Below are positions 53,001 to 59,108 of a stretch of 59,108 bases of DNA, in pieces. Position numbers and translations under genes: made by a program. The number at the start of each line of letters is the position of its first letter. Position 1 is the stretch's first letter. The stretch lies in contig JBOZIK010000001.1 in the NCBI GenBank assembly GCA_051453625.1, positions 6,398,147 to 6,457,254 on the forward strand. Direction: 5' to 3'. Source of the stretch: Welwitschia mirabilis (Eukaryota). The notes beneath the pieces are model-generated. The model saw nothing but the letters and a program-made list of their open reading frames with translations. It was not told the DNA's origin and made no database searches.

Positions 53001-53979
53001 TAAATTTCTCTATAGAGAATTTTTAAATATTCATAACATCTCATTTAGAAATAAAATATTGCTGTTAAAATTACATTTTCATTTTTTTATTTGAGAAACC
53101 TTGTACAATATGCCTTAGATTAATGCACCTTTTAGTTATGATCTTTTATCCTATGATATTAATAGAATTATTCTCTAAACCAACTTGGATTAAGATTTTT
53201 TAGATTAAATTACATATGGTGGAAGTCCTATTTTCCCTTTAACTAGTAATAATTTTTGTATTTCAACTAAGGAAGTCTAAAGCTTTATAAATATCCTTCT
53301 TGGTTACTCTAATTTTATAAAGTACAGATTAGCATTAAAAGTTTTTAATTTAGCTTATAGTAGTAGTTTCATCACTGTATTTTTTTCCTACTATTAAAAT
53401 AGTCTTTATATTTTCTTGAGGTTTTCATTTTTTTTCCTTTTTTGCATTCTAATATGTCATTCATTTTTTCTTTTTTTGTAATTTTTTAAAGAACCTTATT
53501 CCTTGCCTACTACCTTTATTTGTTTTACAAGATTGATGGTTGTCAAATTTATATATTTTTATATTTTTAGAGATAGAATTTAGAAAATAAACTAAACATA
53601 CCTCTATCAAATATGACATATTCAAGTTCATCTTTTTCCTTTCTACATAGTGTGCTATAGTTTCATTGCATTTCCATTTCATATTAGTTAGCCCTCAAGT
53701 GATATACTATGCAAGATATGTATTGCATATTATTTTAGAAATTCTTTAAAATCTATTTTTTAGATTCCTTATTAAATGAATGGAAAATTTATAGTTTTAC
53801 TCTATGATGTATTAACATAAAAAGGGATAGAAAAGTAGCATGTAGTATCTTAGTTAATCTTGTAGAAGGTGAATGTATGATTAAAATTTCTAATGTAAAA
53901 TTTGAGGTCTTCTACTCTAAAAAACATTTCAAATTTAAAGTTTTCTAAAAGCATAAGCTTCCTAGAAGGGATAAATAAG

Positions 53980-54539
53980 TGTATTAGGTATTATTGTGCT
54001 ATCAACTTGCATATATTTGATATGGTATTTTGAGTACTTTTGTAGAATATTAGATAAGTTCATGCTGGATTTCCATAATAATGGAGACCTAAGATGAAAG
54101 ATGCAAAAACATGCAATCTCCATGACATTTTACAGTATCTAGAGTAATTCACAATTCTTCCTATTTTGAAGCATAACTCCTATAAAGATTAAAGTTGATG
54201 CATTACATGAACACTTGTAAAATGCCTATTATCCACCTCATTGTCCGAACAACTGTATAAATAACAAAATAATTAAAGCTAATAAGGATGTTAACTATAA
54301 TCAATTTGATAGATGACATGGATTATTTATGAGGTGGCATTGTGTCCGAGTAACTAATACGACCACATCTATTATAATGCTCCACTAAACATTCACCTAA
54401 CTTTTGCCATTTATCTACATGTTACTCACATAGCTGCTAGGGTTATGCCCCTAACTATTTGTCTGTTTTATTATTTGTGTGTCTATTTATCAAAAAGTAT
54501 CGATTCTGCCTTTAACTCCTACTGGTCTTCTATAGTACC
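53980..54539 (-). mobile_element. Gypsy gag 5' fragment, paralogous to 56640-57190
   Basis: Direct nucleotide homology between the two blocks (e.g. gatttccat..gatgaaagat..caatctccatgacatttta). Confidence 0.6.
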
Positions 54540-54639
54540 NNNNNNNNNNNNNNNNNNNNNNNNNNNNNNNNNNNNNNNNNNNNNNNNNNNNNNNNNNNNN
54601 NNNNNNNNNNNNNNNNNNNNNNNNNNNNNNNNNNNNNNN

Positions 54640-55902
54640 GGTCTAGGCAAGGCAAGATTAAGATTTAAAGAATCTAAATCTTAAGATTTAATAAGGAAAG
54701 AATCAAGAATTTTCAAGAAATGATGATCATTTTAGAAATTTCAAATAACAATTTTACATATTAGAAATAACCCATTTTTTAAGATAAATTTTAATCATGT
54801 ATATATTTTCAATTTCCACTATTACCTCATACAGTGATCTATGGGGACCATTACCTCATTCGACGATATATGAATTTCTTATAATATTTCATATATTCTC
54901 TTACCCCACTACCTCATTTGGTGATTTGTGGAATCTCACATTTCACTAGATCATTCAACAATCTATGGAATATTCATTTTCATAAGATCATAAAAATCCA
55001 AGATATTGAAAGAAGCATGAATAAGGTATAATAACAAAACATAAATCCTTCATAATAATAACATAGATTTAATATTATAAAGATTTATCAAGAAGAAGAT
55101 AGTAGAATCTAAGATTTATAACAAAGAATGTAATTATTCAACTACTAATAACATGAACATCTGTTAATTTTACGATGTTTTTAAGAAAATGAGCAAAAAC
55201 TAAAATGGGGAAAAAAACGATGTACATAAAAAAGGACCAATCAAGGATGCAAGAATGAAATAAAACCATATCCATATTTTGTTATAGTATATAAAGGCTC
55301 AAGGATCTTTTAAAATTCTAAAGCTCCAAGGTTCTTTAAGCTCCAACTTAAAATCGCCAAAATTCAATACTAAGGGATTTCTTGAAGATATGTAAAATAT
55401 GAGAATAAGGGAGTTCTATTAATGACATGAGGTAGTGAGGGTATGAGAAGACTAAAAAAATACAAAGAGACACCATCATGGGATGGAGGTGGTAAAGGTG
55501 GTGGGAATTTCATAATGCCTCATCATTACTTTACCACTAGGCGCATAATAATTCATCATGATAAACATAAATGCTTTTCATTCTACCACATACAATTATT
55601 AAAATGAAGAAGTTAAATAAATCATCACATAATAATATTTTTTCCCCATCTAAAATCAAGAAAAGGTATAACAATCACACAAGAAAAATAATATTAGTAA
55701 AACTACTAAAGATCATTCTTATTGAGGATTATAACAAAATAATATTATGGTTTGTACAAAATGCAGAACTTAAAAGAATAAAATATAATATCCTCTTAAT
55801 AAACATAATATCTTGATTAGATTAAAGATTTTATGATAATAAAAATATTTTAATTAAATGTTTAAGCTAAATCTTTAAATCTTCAGAAGTCTAAACATCA
55901 CA
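54640..55902 (-). repeat. LTR fragment of the same family as 33015-34930
   Basis: Its reverse complement aligns with about 33015-34470 and starts TGTGATG. Confidence 0.65.
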
Positions 55903-55909
55903 ATTAGCT

Positions 55910-57300
55910 CATGTGTAATAGGAACCTTACCCTTCTTATATTCATTGAGTGATGTAAGAATATATATGATGGTTTGGCTTAGTTTTTGCATATCTTATTC
56001 TATCTTTTGTAATGTGAAATAGGTTTGTTAGTTGAATTATTATTGTAAGGTATTAATATGATTTTAAGCTTTCATGAACTTATGAAGTATATCATATAAA
56101 GAGTTAAAAGTTGAAGAAGGATTTGAACTCCTAGGTTGGCTAGTGGATATTTGATTAGGATTATCTTATTTCCATAAGATGTTTGAGTGGTTTTGTTATC
56201 TAAGTATTAGAATAGGGATTGTTTACTATTTTATCATTATTATACTATATTATTAAATTTCATGCTTACTCCACCTTGAAACATGAGTACAGATGGAGAA
56301 TTAGAATTTTCATGTGTATTCATACAATAAATGTTAAAATGAAGAGGTGGAATAACGGATTTAGTATTTGTACTAAGAGTATTAATCTTCTTAGAAAGTT
56401 CTTTGAAGTTTGAGTTGATTTTAGTATTATCAAAGATTTTAAAGACACTAGTACATTTAACATATTATTATAATCATGTTGTCTCATTAGGATTATTTCA
56501 ATTCTTTAAACTTTCATCTATTGTCTCAAAAAAATCCAAACATTTATTATTTTCTATGTATAAAAAGGTAACTCTAAGTTATTTATGGTTTAATAATCCT
56601 TCATAAAATATATGATTCTTTTATATTCAAAACCATGTTGTAGGCATTGTTATGTTACCAACTTACATATATTTAATAGGGTATTTTGAGTAGTTTTATA
56701 GAATATTAGAAAAGTTTACACTAGATTTCCATGAAAATGAAGAGCCGAGATGAAAGATATAAAAATATACAATCTCCATGACATTTTATAAAATTTAGAG
56801 TAATTCAAAATACTTCTTATTTTTTAGACAAACTTCTTGTAAAACTTAAGGCTAATGCATTGGATGAACACTTGTAAAAGTCTATCATCCACCTCATCAT
56901 TTGGATGATAGTATTAAAGACAGAATAGTTGAAACTAACAAAGATGGTAACTATGATCAATTTAGCAGATGACATGAATTGCTAATGAGGTGGAATCATC
57001 CCCTCTATTATCTAGATGACTAGTAGGATAACATCTATTATAATGTCATATTAAACATTCATGTAAGTTTTAACATTTGTTTATGTAACTCTCATGTAAA
57101 CTATTAGGGTTATGCCCATGATGTCTATCTGTCATGTGATTTGTGTGTTTGTTATTAATAAGTATTGATTCTGCCCTTGACTCCACCTTATCATCACTTA
57201 TACAAAAAATTTTTGTGATAGGAGATTGAAATATCGAAGTTCCATCCTTAGTAGTTACAGAGAGATATATTCCTTGGTGTTGGGCTATGCTTCCTCTATT
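55910..57300 (-). mobile_element. Decayed Athila-like gag fragment
   Basis: Similar to the gag segment at 7050-7400 (compare the antisense ORFs 56403-56606 and 7056-7247). Confidence 0.6.
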
Positions 57301-57499
57301 GAGGTGTGGTAACTTTGTAACATGGATTGATCCAACTTCTAATACAAAGAGTCATTTTCATTTCCTATTCTTGTTGTTACTTATCCTTTATAGTTTATGT
57401 TGCTTTTTATTTAGTGGCAGTTTCTTAACTGTTATAGGTTATGAAGGTAACCTTTATCAAGGTTGAGCATTATTAGTTTAGGTGCATTGTTATTTTTCT

Positions 57500-59108
57500 T
57501 TCTTAGACTAACTTTGCATAAGTGTATTTGCATTGTGATTTTCTGCATTATAATTTATTTTTGTTATTAGAATATGTAAGTGTTTCTTATTAAAATCAAT
57601 TCTCTTTCTTCTAGCCTAGGCCTTTGATGAATTATAACATTTAAGTCCTTTCCTATTTATATTAGTGTGTTGTGTTGTGCAAAATATCTATTTCTTTGTA
57701 AATGACAAGATTTTATTAAGCATAATCATTTACACAAATACATACTGCAACATCTAAGCGTTGTTGCTAAGGAAGGCTGCTTGAAGTTTGAGAGTTGTTG
57801 TTACTATTGTAAGTATTTGAATCTTGATTAAGATGTTTGCCTATAGTAGTGCTGTATTTTTAGTTATACTAGTGTAAGTTTTTCTTTTTGCAGTTTTTAT
57901 TTTTGCGTTCCAAAATCAATACTTTGTTATCCACTTTATGGTCTAGATGACATGCGACGATGACAACCTCTGTGCCTTGAGTTTTTTAGTTTTTCACTTT
58001 CTTAAAATTTTTTAGGATTTTCCTATCATTCCTCTGTCATCTAGACAACTTAGAAGAATGACAATATGTTTTCTATGTTTTTTGTATTTGTTATTTCACA
58101 TTTCTCTTTCTTGCATTTTTCATTTTTTATATTTTTTGTGGTTTTTGTTATCCAAACTATCATGTAGATGACCATAGGTATGATGCACTATGCATCAAAA
58201 GTGAGCATGCTGGGACATGGTAAAATCTAGTAAGAAAGAAAAATATTAGAAAGAGCAGCTGTTCATAGAGGAAAATATCTAAGAAGGTTTGATGAACTTC
58301 GAAATTAACTCAGTATGGATACCAAAGGTACATAAGTTTCAAAACTTTTAGAAATTTCTACATTTATTTCTTCAGAATATAATTTTACACAATAAAATTT
58401 TTTAAAATATTATTTCAATGACAGTTTTTAATTTTTTAATATGTCTAGTTCATCGCAAAAGTAAAAGTAAGATGCTTAACCTAATCTTCCTCTTATTATT
58501 AGAATTCCTACTACTACACCTATAAAACCTAATGCCAATGTCACCCTTGGAGTATTAATTGCTAATAAAAAATGTAAAATCTAAACCCATTTTGAGTTAC
58601 CTCTTGGGGATGATGTTTAACTAATGAATATAAATGATTGTCCCATTTTTAGTAGTGAACATGATGAAGACCCTTTACAACACATTGCTGACGTTGAACA
58701 TTTAATACTCACTTCAGGAAATGTTAAGAAAATAATAAGTAATAAAACTTACATGGTGATTTTTCTCATCACTTTGAAAGGTAAAGCTAAAATTTAATTA
58801 AGAATGATGCCTTATAAATGTTTAAAATCATAGAGTCAAGTTCAAGAAGCCTTTATTAAGAGATTCTTGTGTGAAACTACCACTAGAATATGTAAGAAAG
58901 AAATAACCGACTTCTAACAATAGTCTAATGAAGATTATGCCTCTACTTATAAGAGATTTTTTGTTACTTTACATTCGAACCCTGTAGATACTTTTTCTTA
59001 AGAAGAACTAATAGACTACTTTTATAGTGGGATCAATAGTAAAAATAAGCAATTAGTTGATTTTGTGGAGGAAATTTGTTAAACCTTAATTTAAAAAGTG
59101 CTTAAAAA
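57500..59108 (+). mobile_element. Athila-like element 5' part (LTR end, PBS, decayed gag), running off the window
   Basis: AACA followed by PBS-like TCTAAGCGTTGTTGCTAAGGA at about 57753. CPIFSSEHDEDPLQHI..FLITLKGKAK..QVQEAFIKRF gag motifs at 58640-58870. Confidence 0.7.

Overview
Very AT-rich, strongly C>T/G>A-decayed land-plant repeat DNA with several N gaps; a gymnosperm/gnetophyte origin is plausible but only inferred. There is no intact cellular gene except a possible CpG-retaining gene fragment at about 0.7-2.3 kb. Most of the window is nested, decayed Ty3/gypsy LTR retrotransposons (Athila-like, Tat-like, chromoviral) plus a pogo/Tigger-type transposase relic. The stand-out is a set of five minus-strand L1-type LINE copies between 22.1 and 41.9 kb, from at least two and probably three diverged families. 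After EN-RT-zf-RVT, their ORF2 has no RNase H. It continues instead into an about 170-aa TE-accessory-like domain, a Ser/Pro-rich linker and a terminal DnaJ J-domain (HPD motif), followed by a 3' UTR and poly(A). One copy has an 18-bp target-site duplication, so the J-domain moved as part of the retroposed RNA. Coordinates of decayed elements are approximate, and all domain calls come from manual translation and motif recognition, not database searches.
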